NCBI RefSeq assembly: GCF_009914755.1
Contig: NC_060926.1
Source of the DNA: the human T2T-CHM13v2.0 reference genome, Homo sapiens
Direction: 5' to 3' (one strand)
DNA: 64,000 bases
The position numbers were made by a program, and so were the translations under genes. Positions within the stretch are counted from its first letter, which is position 1, and every line of letters begins with the position of its first letter. Below the pieces are notes generated by a model. It was not told the origin of the DNA. It worked only from the letters and a program-made list of their open reading frames with translations, and ran no database searches. Of the stretch, positions 40,592 to 56,208 are shown in pieces.

Positions 40592-42804
40592 TAAAAAAAT
40601 GTTGTGGGTACATAATAGGCATATATATTTATGGGGTACATGAGATATTTTGATACAGTCATACAATACATAATAATCACATCAGGGTAAATGTGGTATC
40701 CATTGCCTCAAGAATTTATCCTTTTTTATGTTACAAACCATCTAATTATATACCCTTTTGGTTATTTTTAAATGTACAATAAGTTATTGTTGACTCTAGT
40801 CACCTGTTCTGTTATCAAATACTAGACTTTATTCATTCTATCTAACTACATTTTTGTACTCATTAATCATCCCCACTTTCCCCGTCTCCCACTACCCTTT
40901 CCAGGCTTACCATCCTTCTACTCTCTATCTCCATGAGTTCAATTTTTTAAATTTTTAGCTCCCACAAATAAATGAGAACATGAGAAGTTTGTCTTTCTTT
41001 GCCTGGCTTATTTCACTTCATGTCCTCCAGTTCCATCCATGTTGTTGCAATGACAGGATCTCATTCTTTTTTATGGCTGAATAGTACTCCATTGTGTATG
41101 ATGTACCACATTTTCTTTATCCGTTCATCTGTTGATGGACACTTAGGTTGCTTCCAAATCTTTGCTATTGTGAATATTACTGAAATAAACATGAGAGTGC
41201 AGATATCTCTTCAATATACTGATTTCCTTTCTTTAGGGTATATGCCTAGCGGTGATTGAAGAGGATACAAAAAAAATGGAAAGATATTCCATGTTCATGA
41301 ATAGGAAAAGTCAATATTATTAAAATGTCCATACTACTCAAAGCAACCTACAGATTCAGTGCAATCCCTATCAAAATACCAGTGATATTTTTCACAGAAA
41401 TAGAAAAAAAAATCATAAAATGTATATGAAACCACAAAAGGCCCAGAATAGCCAAAGCTATTCTGACCAAAAAGAACTAAACTGGAAGAATAACATTATC
41501 TAACTTCAAATTATACTACAGAGCTATAATAAAAAAACAACATGGTATAGGCATAAAAACTGACACATAGACTAATGAAACAGAACAGAGAACACAGAAA
41601 TAAGTCTGTCCATCTACAGTGAACTCATTTTTGACAAAGGTGCCAAGAACATACATTGGGGAAAGGACAGTATCTTCAATAAATGGCACTGGGAAAAACT
41701 GGATATCCATATACAGAAGAATGAAACTAGACCCCAATTTCTCACCATATACAAAAATCCAATCAAAATGGGTTAAAGACTTAAATCTAAGAACCCAGAC
41801 TTTGAAACTACTATGTATTAGTCAGTTTTCACACTGCTATAAAGGGATAGCTGGGACTCGGTAATTTATAAAGGAAAGAAGTTTAATTGACTTACAGTTC
41901 TGCATGGCTGGGAAGGCCTCAGGAAACTTACAATCATGGCAGAAGGGGAAGCAGGCACATCTTACATGGTGGTAGGTGAGACAGTGTAAAGGAGGAACCA
42001 TCAAACACTTATAAACCCCTCAGATCTCACTCACTCAGTATCACAAAAGCAGCATGGGGGAAACTGCTGCCATGATCCAATCACCTCCCACCAGGTCCCT
42101 GCCTTGACAAACGGGAATTGTAGGGATTCTGATTCGAGATGAGATTTGGGTGGGGACACAGAGCCAAACCCTATCACACTACAAGAAAGCATTGGAGAAA
42201 CGCTCCAGGACATTGGTCTGGGCAAAGATTTCTTGACTAATACCCCCACATGCACAGGCAACCAAAGCAAAAATGGACAAATGGGATTACATCAAGTTAA
42301 AAAGCTTCTGCACAGCAAAGGAAACAATAAACAAAGTAAAGAGACAGCCCACAGAGTGGGAGAAAATATTTGCAAACTATCCATCTGACAGGGAACTAAT
42401 AACCAGAATATATAAGGAGCTCAAACAATTCAATAGGAAAATATCTAATAATTTCATCAAAATGGGCAAAAGATCTGAATAGAGATTTTTCAAAAGAAGA
42501 CATACAAATGCCAAACATATATATGAAAAGGTGCTCAACACCATTGATTATCAGAGAAATGCAAATCAAAACTATAAGGAGCTATCATCTCACTGGTTAA
42601 AATGACTTTTATCCAAAAGACAGGCAATAACAAAGGCAGGCAAGGATGCAGAGAAAAGGAAACCATTGTACACTGTTGGTGAGAATGTAAATTAGTACAA
42701 ATCACTATGGAGAACAGTTTGGAGGTTCCTTGAAAAACTAAAAATAGAACTAACCCCATAAGATTCATCAATCTCACTGCCAGGTATATACCCAAAAGAA
42801 AGGT
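40592..42804. mobile_element. 5'-truncated, 5'-inverted (twin-primed) L1
   Basis: 3' part on - (40592-41255), ORF2 part on + (41256-42804; [36 protein letters not shown]). TSD AACCTTGCTTTT at 40579 and 42805. Confidence 0.9.
41814..42176 (-). mobile_element. MSTA/THE1-type MaLR LTR nested in L1
   Basis: TGTATTAGTCAGTTTTCACACTGCTATAAAG…GCCAAACCCTATCA; TSD TACTA/CACTA. Confidence 0.9.
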
Positions 42805-43460
42805 AACCTTGCTTTTTATATGCTATGGTAATGATACAACTTTCCTATTACTCTGTTGAACAATAAAAAATGATAATAGCAATTATTTATTTACTGCCTA
42901 CTTTATATGCATTATCTCTGATATTACAAAGGTCTTCAGAGGCCAATTATCTTTATTTTAAAGATGAGGAAACCACAGACCAAAAAAGCTAAGATACTTG
43001 CCCATGTTCACAAGGGATTCTGACCTGGTTCTGACTGCTTCCATAGGTCCCCATTTTTAAAGTCAGACACCCATGGTAGCTTATTTAATCCAGGAAAAAC
43101 AATAATAGTAGCAGTAAGGTGGCACATGTTGGGGGGCTGTATCATGGGCAATACCAGGGGTAATGGAGAACCCCTTTGACTGTGGCCAGTGGATCAAGGT
43201 CTTGCACTGTGCTTTGCCTCATATCTTCCATTCTGAATCCTGGTGTCCTGAAGCCCTCATAATTGGATCCTGCCCCTTCCTAAGCCCTTAGATCAGAGTT
43301 CTGATCAGAGATCTACCTGTTTTTCACTTTAGGTCCCTTCTTTGTCTCCCCAGTGTAATCTAAAGAAATGTTTTAAGAGAACACTCTCTGCATGTGTGTC
43401 TGTGCATATTGTCTTTCTATTTTATCATTTGATAACTGAACAGATTCACAAAGAGAATTA

Positions 43461-43823
<363 letters not shown>

Positions 43824-44239
43824 CTACTCAATAGTAAAGGGAGGCAACCTGTTACAGTCTTTGGTCTCCCAACCAATGCACCATGGATTTAACACAAAGT
43901 TTTGTCATGGGGATATAAGGAAAGCTTTGTATTCATAATTTGAAAAAATTTTGGTTACAAGTGATATGCATGCAGCTCAGACTAATATAAGCAAAATGAA
44001 ATTGATTGCCTAATGTCCTGGGAAATCTAGTGGAGAAGCTGGCTTAGTCATGAGTGGGTCCAGGAGAGGCAGGACCATCTCTCTCTTGCTCTTTGCTTTG
44101 TTTGTCTCCATGTCTTGACCACATTCAGAAGGTAGATGCTTTCTTGGTGGCAGAAGATGGGATCTTTTATTTTCCCTGACACACAGATGTGCAGCTAGCA
44201 ACCCTAGTGGAGGGAAACTGTGTCTCCCACTAGCCCTGA

Positions 44240-44568
<329 letters not shown>

Positions 44569-47500
44569 TCACATACCAATTTCTGAATCAACCCCTGTGG
44601 ACACAGAAATAAGAGACGTTTGACTATCCAGCCTGGATCACAGTCTCATTTCTATGGCTACAGTGGTTTTAGTGGTTCAGCCCTACCAAAACCATATGGC
44701 ATGAGTTTCCCATAGGAAAGAGGGTGGGTCACTGTGTGCTGAATAGACAAAAGCAACAGTGTCCACTGAAATGATTTGAGGAGCGATGGACAACGTGAGC
44801 TAATGTCTCAGCCTTGAGGCTTTTGAGGCTGGGACTAGGACTTACAATAAAGTCACCATAATTCAGCAGACAGGTGTATCCTCTCAGCATGCTCAGGGCA
44901 GTGGCAGCTCTACGATTTCTGCATTTCTTCTTGGAAGAGGGATAGCAGCCTGTGTTGGAGGGTGCAGAGGGTTCCCCTCTCAACAAGTCACCCTTTGGAA
45001 GGATCACTGCCTGGGACATAAGAGCTGGTATCCCAACTCTAACCTGTGGAAAAAGGGGCTGCTCCAGCCACGTAACATTACCAAGCTTAGAGGGCCTGAT
45101 ACAGACAGGCCTCTTCCTGCCCCTCTCCATCTATTGCCTGGGAGTCGTGATCCTCCAGGAGAAAACCAACAGGCTGCTCAGTCAACAGGCCTTGACTCCA
45201 TGTCACCTTTTGGAGAATGCATTTGTTACTCTCTGTGCTTATGTCTTTCTGTGTGTGTACCCGTGTGTCAAATGCAGATACATGGCTGTGGTCCTCCTGG
45301 CTAAAAGAACACCATACAATTGTCCACCTGCCCGCTGATGATTGAAAGTCCACCACTTATGGGATTACTCCCCTTGCTTAAGAATTACCTCCTCTTAAAA
45401 ATGCAAATTTCCCAGAAGAGAAAATACTGTTCGCTTGCTTATTTATGGTTAATAAGCATAAGCTTGCCAAGCTCTTTCATGAGAAATATTTTTTATGAAA
45501 AATGCTGAGCTTCGTAACAGAGTCTAATAAATAGGCAGCGGGGTTTTTGAAGGTGGTTTTATCTAATTTACATTTGAGGTACCCACCTGGCAAGAACTTC
45601 CATATTGCAGTTTCTCACCACAGGTTCTTATATGAATAAACTTCTAGTTACCTCTGACTTCCTGATAAAACTAAATTATACACAACTGTAAGTGATACTA
45701 TTTAAGATGGAATGGAAAATCAAGGAGGAGGAATCATGTCCAACATTTGGGTTTAACACAGGGTTGAAATAAAGAAATAGCTCTAAGACAGAAAACGGAA
45801 ACCCGGAGTTCAGGAGTCTGGATTTCGGAGTAGGAGGCAACCAGGAAGAATTTTAGGGTCTGAATTATTAGAAAAACTGCTGAAGGTATCAATCTTCCCA
45901 CAGAAGGAGGGATGGAGAGGTTGGAGCTGACCTTAGCGGACATTGAAGGACATGTGACATACAGACATCTCGGTTACATCTGGCTGATGGGGGCCTCATA
46001 CACTTCCTTCTTTGCCTCTTGAATCAGATAAACCTTTTAAATGCATTTCCACTTTGCTGAGAGGCAGTAAAACGCAGAGGTTAGCAGCCCAATGTATGGC
46101 CTCAGACAGCTGAGGTATAGATTCCCGTGCCACCGTCTATAGCTGTATGACCTTGGGCATCGTGCTTAACCTTTCAGGCCTCAGTTTCCTCCCCTGAAAA
46201 ATGGGAATAACAGTAGTTTCCAACTTATGGGGTTGGAAAAACCCAACCACCTTGGACAAATAATTAATAAATAATAAAATAAAATAAATCCACCTCTGTA
46301 TTATTAGATGCAGAGCCCAAGCATTCTACTTTTTCATTTAGTGGATTGTCCCCTCTCTGTGGGAGAGGGCCCCTCAGACCCATGGGCACCTTGGAGGTGT
46401 TCTATGCCAAGGTGCCAACTGCATCCGGCACGGTGCTTTCCTTGCTGGGCTGGACTTCAGAAAATGGCAGAGCGCCAGACTTTGGCCAATGCCAAGGGCA
46501 CTGATGTTGCTGTGTTTAGGACTTTTCCTTCTCGAAAGGTATGACAGCATGGGCACCGGGTGAGCCTGCTTCTCTTTTCATCCATAACCCTAAACCCTCC
46601 TGAGCCACGGCTCCTCCTCCTCCCTAAACATCTACTGAGCCCGTGGGCTGGACCTGAGCACGATGGGGAGACGTTTTGGTACGTGTTATGGGTAACACAC
46701 TTAAAGAAGAGGGACTCACCTCGACCAACTGTGGTTGGGAGCCAGGAGGATATTGAATGCTGCAGTCCTCAACTGGTTGGCTTGGGCAGGAAGAAAGCCA
46801 GTGGATTCTCAGCGCTGTGATGGGCTGTGTGAGGAGTAGATGTGGGAGGAGGGAGGACCCATGATGGGGGCCCATGGTGGGATGAGTAGGTACTGAGCTA
46901 GCCCACTGACCACCAGCCAAGGCAGCCCAGACCCTGGACGAGGCCAGTTCCTCACACTTGGAGTCATTCCGGAGTTTCACTCTACTGTCCACAGCACCCC
47001 AAGGATTGCCTAGTTTCCATATTCTATTCTACCAATAAGGGGGGTGAGAAAGTGTGGGGAGAAGGTTTTGGGACTACTGCATCAATGCTGTGGCAGGATA
47101 ATTTGAGGAAAGGTAGCGAGGAACAATACAATATGCGTTTTTCCTCCCACCCCCGCTGCCCTCTCACCTCCACAATACAAGAAATTCTGCTTACGAACAC
47201 ACAATTATCCTTAGAAATTGGTTATGGTCCTATCAAACCATGCCCCTACCCTCTGCCATACATCCGGATCTCACAGGCAAAACAAATAACAGTTATCTCA
47301 TAGAGACTAAAACAATTCTATGATTTTGGAGTTTCTATGTTCTAAGATGGTGACACCTGATTTTCCTGAGAGGTAGGGACAAGACCTCATATTTGTGGGG
47401 TTCTCCTAAATGCTGTGGACTGTGACTAGAACCCCCAACCTGCCACTCCACACCACTCATTTGGAACCAGTGCCAAAAGTCTAATATCCAAAGAGGATAA

Positions 47501-47864
47501 TTTTTTATTTTTATTTTTTAATTGGGAGGAGAGGCCTCTGTGAACCTATATGAATCTTGGCTCTTTCCCCATAAAAATATGATTGAACTATTCCTATTGC
47601 CCTTTCAGAATTCCATTGTTCTCAAATATAACCAACCCGCTATTATATAGGCTTCATTCAACCATGATATTATCTGGATAACAGCAAGAATTGTCATGTA
47701 AACTCAGCTTTTTTTTCTGTAGGGGACATAAATCATTTATTTGTATTTACCCCAATCTCCAAAGCTTTCCTGTAGATCTCTCACATTCTAATCTCCCTGG
47801 TTGACCTGATCCAGATTTTCCTTAAATTGGCTGGTTGTCTTGAGGAAATGTGACCGAGTGGTTA

Positions 47865-48243
<379 letters not shown>

Positions 48244-49043
48244 TTAACCTCTTGGCCTCAGCGTCCACATCTGCAAAATGAAGATAAGAATGGTATCTGT
48301 TTCATCAGGTTGCTGGACTGTTAAGTGAATTAATACATATAAAGCATTCCATTTGGTGCCTTGCACATAGTAAGAACTTCAGATGTTAGCTAGTATATTG
48401 CCCCATACATGGGTCATACTTGCAGATGATGTGCAAGTGAACTCTGCGCTACTTTTCATTACTCTGCATTAAATAATTCCACAGGAAATATAGACATTTG
48501 CCTCATGGTATGAAAGATGATCTGCACATCTGATAGAGGGCAGTGATCTCTGGTCATCAGTGTGTACTTTTACCTTGCTTCCCAGAGACGCATACAAAAT
48601 ATAAAACCCCAATTCATTCATTTCTGTACCCATAAATTCAACTCCCCAAGGCACTGGGAAATTACCATCCTGTTGGGTGGAGAAGTCAGAACTTGACCTT
48701 TCTTTTCTACTCTGTGATTGACCTTGTGTGTTAGAGCATAAGTTGAAAGAAGAGGAGGCGTGTCTCCTAGATGCTGAACGTACTCTTGCACTCTTCCAAG
48801 AGTGTCTTACTCATTCAAAAATATTCATTGAGAACCTACTGTGTGCCAGGTACTGCTGTGGGTCCTGAAAATACAGCAGTAAACAAGGCAGATGAGGTCT
48901 TTGTTCTCTTGGAGCTTGCATTATCAAGATCCAATAAACTCCAGCATCCTACAAGAGTTTATTATTAATTGCCTCTTCTTCTTCAGTACAACATATTCAA
49001 ATGATGACCTTCAATGGCTGCAAGAGTCTAAAGAGCCTTGTGA

Positions 49044-49545
<502 letters not shown>

Positions 49546-50421
49546 ACTCTGTAATACTTTTTTGAAAACAGATAGTCCATAAAACACATCTATAGCCTCC
49601 ATAAATGTTTATTTAAACTGAAAGGCCTGTTCCTAGACCATATTGAAAAATAAACATGCTTCCTCTACATGGTTTATTTGCACAGTGTGATTGGTTTTCA
49701 TTTGTTTGTATGTTTTCCTTGTATGTGTCCTTCGGTCTCTCTCCAAGTGTGTCTTTCTTAATTCTCTGGATTTTGAGCTTCATCAGGGAGGAAGCTTTCT
49801 AAGCCTATGCACACCCGACTGATGTCATTGCCTGACCCACAGCCAGCCCCAGGGTGGGAGGGCCAGATTAAGTTGAAGGGAAAAAAAGATCTTGTCTGCT
49901 GCCTCATAATATGTCCAAGCCTTCTCATGAGGTCTTAACGTGGGTGCTGTCCTCTGATAGTCAAAGGACACTGTCAGGGCAATGAGGTCCTAACACTCCT
50001 CTCCTGTGTGTGGCTTTCCCAGCCTCTGTGAAATGACCAGATGAAGTGGAGCTCTCCAAACTGCCCCCAGCACCCATGGTCTCTGCTTCTAGGATTCCTG
50101 GGCAGAATCCTTGGGAGAGCCTGGGGCCTGAAGGACTCTGTCTGCTAGGATGCCAAGAAGAGGCCAGGAGTTTACTGCAGATTCACACACAGGCACACAG
50201 AAGGGAACATCCCTGCCTACCCTGCCCCGTCCGTGCCCTCAGAGGAGAAATGAAAACGTGCCTGATTTCTTGTGATGGGGGAGAATCTATCCCTTGGAGA
50301 ATGCTCCAAGGGATGGAGCAGACACAGGGAGAAAGAAGGCTGTTTACACCACAGAGGGAGGATAGGGAAGAGGAAGAAAAACTCGCATATGGAAAGGGAC
50401 ACTAATGGTAGGGAAAGAAGT

Positions 50422-50427
50422 TTTATT
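50422..50427 (-). terminator. MARCHF4: Polyadenylation signal AATAAA
   Basis: Canonical hexamer on the minus strand. Confidence 0.75.
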
Positions 50428-51046
50428 TTCAAGCTTTTAAGAGAATATTACAAACAACAGAGAGTTTTAAAAAACCCTAAAAACTAGTTTAAAAAAGTAC
50501 TTGACAGTGTCCTTTTAATACCCATGGATGACGCGACCACTGTGCAGTGACAACCAGAAACTTTGCAGGTGAACACCCAGTGGCCTTCCCTGGCAGGGTC
50601 CCCAGAGCGAGCAGGAGGGGTCCAGGGGTAGTGCTCCCTGCCAGGCACCCTTGGGCCCACCTGGCTACGCGGGAAGGAGCAGGGAGCACAAAGCACTGAG
50701 CATCAGCCTGACTGCCTCTTTGGGGAGGGTTCCAAACAGGGAGGGTTCCAAGCAGCAAGGAATACTTAGATTGGGCTCTACTCCACTCCTTGGGGCACAC
50801 TGGTCAAGCTCCTCCCAACCACTGCAGCTGCTCTCTTGGAAGCCCGTAGGTCAGGGGTGCCCTACCGTGAGGGGACTGGGTCTGTGCATGTGCCAAGACA
50901 AGAAGGGGCTGGCATTGCACATGTCCTGGCCATGGTGGGGTTGGGTAGTTGGGAAAGTTGCTCCGGGATTGACAGCTTCCAAAGCTGAAGCCACAGCAGC
51001 AGAACTGTGCTTGAAATATCCACTGGAAATCTGTACTTTTCTCTAG

Positions 51047-51048
<2 letters not shown>

Positions 51049-51096
<48 letters not shown>
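51049..51096 (-). repeat. (CA)24 in the MARCHF4 3' UTR
   Basis: (GT)24 on plus. Confidence 0.97.
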
Positions 51097-51098
<2 letters not shown>

Positions 51099-51862
51099 TG
51101 TAAACATCTTTGAACCAAATCACTATAAAATAAATTAACAAGGGCACAGAAGGACACCCTTTTCCAAACCTAAGCCCTCTTTTAGCCCACCTGAAATCGG
51201 GAGTTCCATTTGGAAGTTCCTTCAGGAAGGAGACACACTCTCCCTCTGGCTGCTCACACCAGCATATCCCTCCCTGAGCATCCCTCCCTGACCATCCACC
51301 CCACCATCCCCACAGCCATTTGTCAGCGAATCTTGCCCATCCAAATGAGCCCAGGAGCCCCAAAGGCAGTGTGTCCCTGCCAGCTCACCCGTGCCTCCTC
51401 CTTTTCTGGCTGCCTGCAGAACACAGCCCCAGGAGAAACAAAACCAAACAGGGTGAGAGCAGGGCAGACCACAGATGCTTTTCCTCTTGGCCCCCTTGGC
51501 CTCCGGCACTGCCACAGTCACACAGGCTTTGCCTGCCCTCAGCCTCTGCTTCTTCGGGTACCTTGCCTGCAGGTGCATTGGGGCAGGGTTTTTCTGTTGG
51601 GCCAGGTTCAGCCTGTATTGCACTTTGTTGTTGAGTTGGTGTTGGTTTTCATTGTTGTTGTGGAGAGTGGCATTGACTGATTGGAAATAGCAGAACTGCT
51701 CCTGCACCAGCCTCACTCCCGCTCTGACACTACCCCAGGGCTCCCGCCAGGTCCCCCACCCTCTGCCTGCTCCCTCTGTTGGCTCCGGGGGTGCCACTGC
51801 ACCTCCCCACCCTGCTCCGGGCCCTCAGTGGTGGTCATGGCCTTCCTTCCGGGCCTCTGCTC

Positions 51863-52230
51863 TCACACTGTCGTGACTCTCATGACCAGCTCTCGGCTGC
51901 TGCCTGGGGGACTTCGCTGTTCATGAGGTCTCAAGTGACTCAGGATGTGCAGGATGGTATAAGCACAGTGGTGATGGGACAGAGGGCCTGAGGGGTGGCC
52001 GGCAGCCTGGGCAGGGCCCTGCTCAGGGGCAGGGGTGCCTGCGGTCTCCTCTTCCGAGGAGGGGATATTGGCCTGGGTGGATGAGGAGGTCCGGGGGTTG
52101 GTCCTGCCTCCTGCCTTTTGATCCTCCAGGTCTTTTGTCTTGTCATAGTTCAGCACTTTCCACTGCTGGTTGACAGCCTGCCACCGTTTAAAGATGCGGT
52201 ACACCGAGGGTCCTTCATGGATGATGAGAC
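51863..52230 (-). CDS. MARCHF4: Last coding exon of membrane-associated RING-CH E3 ubiquitin ligase 4 (cytoplasmic tail)
   Basis: Acceptor TTTCTCCTCTCCCTGCTGCCTCAG (AG at 52232-52231), phase 1. Encodes GLIIHEGPSVYRIFKRWQAVNQQWKVLNYDKTKD…YTIL…RELVMRVTTV*, with the MARCH4/9/11 tyrosine motif and PDZ-binding end. Location next to XRCC5 fits MARCHF4. Confidence 0.96.
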
Positions 52231-52779
52231 CTGAGGCAGCAGGGAGAGGAGAAACAGAGGCCAAATGAGAGGAAGTGGGTCACGGCCAGGAGACCACAGT
52301 CTCTCTGAATCTATGCAAGGTATGGGCAATGGCTCCAGTGCTGAGCCATGGGAGGACCATCCCTAGATTCCCAGGCTCAGCAAGTTCCAGTAGGCAGAAG
52401 GTGGAGGGGCCACCAGACCGAGTCCATGAAATAGTTGAGCACCTTCAGGCAGTGCCTTCGCCCACTTCTACACCACCCCACCCCCTTCCTGCCTCGACAA
52501 AATCCAAATTCATCCACTAAGGCATAATATAAATATCTTTTCCTCCCTCTATTATGTATCCATGGCACCCAGTCCTTAGCAGATGTTGAATGAATTGTGT
52601 GCTTTTAAAGCACCACAAAAGAAAACCCATGGTTTCTCCACACCTGCTAAAGGTTGCTAGAAATCCCACTGGTTAACTCTTTGCATGGATACCCCAGTAC
52701 TACTGAGATACAAACAGCCCTTTGATGCAGTTATATCTGCCAGAGGCAGTGATAGAGTTGGAAACAAGTTACACCAGGC

Positions 52780-55200
52780 AGCAAGGCAAATAAATAATCA
52801 TTGTGTGCCTATTGTGTGCCAAGCACTGGGGATACTGCAGTCGGCAGGACACCCTCTGAGAGCTTACATCTTCATGGAGACACACAATAGACAAACAAAC
52901 CAAAGTGACAATTTCAGGTGCTGACAATTGCCTTAAGGAAGATAACTGGGGTTAAATATCCACTGGCTGCAGGCATTGAGATCCTGTTTTAGCAAGGGTG
53001 GTGGGAAAGGCCTTTTGGAGGAGATCATATCTGAGTTGAGACTTAAGTGATGAACAGGAGAGATCCATGCAAAGATCTGGAGAGAGAGCACTTCGGTGGA
53101 AGGAACTCCAAGTGCAAAGGCCAGGAGCTGGGAATGGAATGGACAAGGTCAGAGAGAAGGTCAGTGTGACCAATACAGTGCAGCAGTGAGGAAGTGGAGG
53201 GAGGTAAGTTGAGCAGAGGCCAATGGATGGTAGGGTCTTATAGGCCATGGCTAGGGATTTGCATTCTATCCTGAGTATAATGGGAAGCTATTGACGGTTT
53301 CAGTAGGGGGAATGATGTGATCTGATTCACCCTTCATAAAGCCACCTGTGGCACCTGTGAAGAGGGCCAAGAGAATGAGTGGAAAGCCAAGCAGGAAGCA
53401 GTGATGTCATGCGGGTTGGAAATGGTGATAGCATTGACTAGGGTCATGGTGGTGGAGCAGTGAGAAACTGCTGGAGTCAGGCTGTGTGCTGGAAGTAGAG
53501 CTGAAGACTTGCTGACTCGCAGGGTGGGAGTGAAGAGAAAGATCTGGACAACTTCGAAGCTCTTGGCCTCAGCAGCTGCATGAATGGGAAGCCATTTCCT
53601 GAGAAGTGGAGGGCACCAGAGGCGGGCTATGGATTTGTGTGGTGGCTGCGGTGACCGGATTCATTTCCTATTGCTGCAGTGACAAAATACCACACATCTA
53701 GTAGCTTAAAATGGGATGCATGTTTCTCTTACAGTTCTGGAGATCAGAAGTCTAAAATCAGTCCCACTGGGCTGACGTGAAAGTGTCAGCAGGGCACCTT
53801 CTGGTTCTTTCTGGAGGCTTTGAGGGGGAAGAATCTGTCTTCTTGCCTTTTTTCAGCTTCTAGAAATTGCAATTTCTGCCTCGTTCTTGCATCACTCCAG
53901 CCTCTTTCTTCTGTTCTCACCTCTCCTACTACTCTTCTGTCATCAGATCTCCCTCTCCTTCTTGTAAGAACACTTGTGGCTACATTTAGGGCCCACCTGA
54001 ATAATCCAGGATACTGTCCCCATTTCAAGATCCTTAAATTAATCACATTGGCGAAGTCCTTTTCCATATAAGGTAACATTGACAGGTTCAGGGATTAGGA
54101 CCTGGATGTCTTTGGGGCCCATGATTCAAGCCTATCAGAGTGATTACTAGCTACATTTTGGTCATGGTTAGTTTAAGGTGTCTGATAGAAATCTAACTAG
54201 AAGGGTCAGATGGGCAACTGGACATATGAGTCTGAAGCTTAGGGAGAGGTCTGGCCTGGAGATAGAAGCCATCATTGTAGAGGTAGAACTTGAAGACTTG
54301 GAAATGGCTGAGACCTCTTAGGGAAGAGAAGAAGGCCAAAGACAGAGCCCTGGACTTCAGGTGTTTAGAGGCTTGGTGGAGGCTTTGGTGGAGATAGGGC
54401 CAATGAATGAGGCTCAAAAGAAGCAACCAATGGGGTAGAAGCAAGACCAGCAAGTGTGGAGACCCAAAAGCCTAGGGAAGGATTCAGAAAGAGTGCAGTG
54501 ACTCTTTACAATGTTATCAAGAGGTCAGCTTGAGTAAAATGGGAAATGACCACCAGTTCCATGGGCACAGAAGGAGGGAGAATGATAGAAATGACAGCAA
54601 GAAAATCAGGTAGTTCTCATCCAAGTACACATATATTTTTTTTCCCATGAAGTCATCAGCTAAGATAGAAGAGATAAGAGAGGAAGTGTTAAAGATTTGT
54701 GGAGAGAGGAGAAGGTGGGAAATAATTATCTCGGAAAGTAGGAGTGTGAATTTACAAGGGAGATGTGGTAGAATTAGCTCACTGTGTTAAGTATCCATTT
54801 GAGATTTGTAGCCATAAATCTGAAGTGAATCTAGTTACTGGTTGTGTGATTTTTCTCCACCCCTTCAAACTGCTTGCTCAGGTGCACATGTGGAAGAAGA
54901 AGAAACCTGGGCTTAATCAGGGTAAACGGTTTCCCTGGGCAAACAGACATGAGAATTATATGTACTTGCAAGAGAGTGATTATCAGGCTGGACCATGGAG
55001 CCCAGGCTGGGGATGAGAATACGAAAGGTATAAGGAATAATGAAAAGTGGAAAGTGAGAGAGTCAAGGCCAAGTCTTTATGAGGTTAGAGGATTATTGGA
55101 GTCAGTGAATGGGGGGTGATGGTCGGAGAGTGGGATATTTAAATCCAGATTTTGGAGGTGGTGTGGTTACTAGCAATTATGAATCTAGGATGTGACTATT
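52780..55200 (-). mobile_element. Long L2 relic interrupted by MLT1
   Basis: L2 motifs (ATTGTGTGCCAAGCACTGGGGATAC, TGATGTGATCTGATTCAC, GGAGAGGTCTGGCCTGGAGATAG). Boundaries approximate. Confidence 0.65.
53658..54137 (-). mobile_element. MLT1-type MaLR LTR
   Basis: TTTCCTATTGCTGC…ACAAAATACCACA…CTTACAGTTCTGGAG…CCATATAAGGTAACATT…GGATTAGGAC. Confidence 0.85.
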
Positions 55201-55696
55201 TGATTGGGGCTGGAGTGTGCTGGAGGAAAAGATCTTTGGAGCAGGGAATTGGAAAGACTATCTGCATCAGCCATCCTCAATGCTATCACACCAAACATCC
55301 CCTTTTTATAACAAATATATTTTAACATCATCATTCCCATCCTGAAATGAAATTCATAGCTACTATGTCTTTTAAATTAATATAATGCCCTAAAAGAGAA
55401 TATAAAATAAAAATAATAAAGGGAAATCTTTTATAACAAAACAATATACATTTCAGTGAAAATGCTATGGTACAACTACATTAGGAAACGGACAAACAAA
55501 TGAACAAACCCCAGATATTTCCAAATGCCTCCGGGGTACAGGCCCATCTCTGCCAAGCACTGATCTATGTAGTGCTGAGGACAGGAGTAGGGGGAGTGTA
55601 TGAGCAGGTGCGTGAGGGTATCTGAGGACTGAGTAGGCAGCCAGTATCCAACAGCATCCAGAAGGGAAAATGGGTGGTAAAGAAAGATGCACTTCG

Positions 55697-56208
<512 letters not shown>

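Larger units (their letters stand above)
50405..51862 (-). other. MARCHF4: MARCHF4 3' UTR (about 1.45 kb)
   Basis: Follows the TGA on -. AATAAA on - at 50422-50427 (plus TTTATT), with a pyrimidine-rich downstream region. End approximate. Confidence 0.8.

Noticed and set aside
51210-51926. Several long ORFs (156-191 aa) on both strands
   Set aside because: They fall in the GC-rich MARCHF4 3' UTR, several start at non-ATG codons, and none resembles a protein family.
52231-52264. ORF-track N-terminus MASVSPLPAAS on the 133-aa ORF
   Set aside because: It is intronic polypyrimidine tract; the exon starts at 52230 after the AG acceptor.
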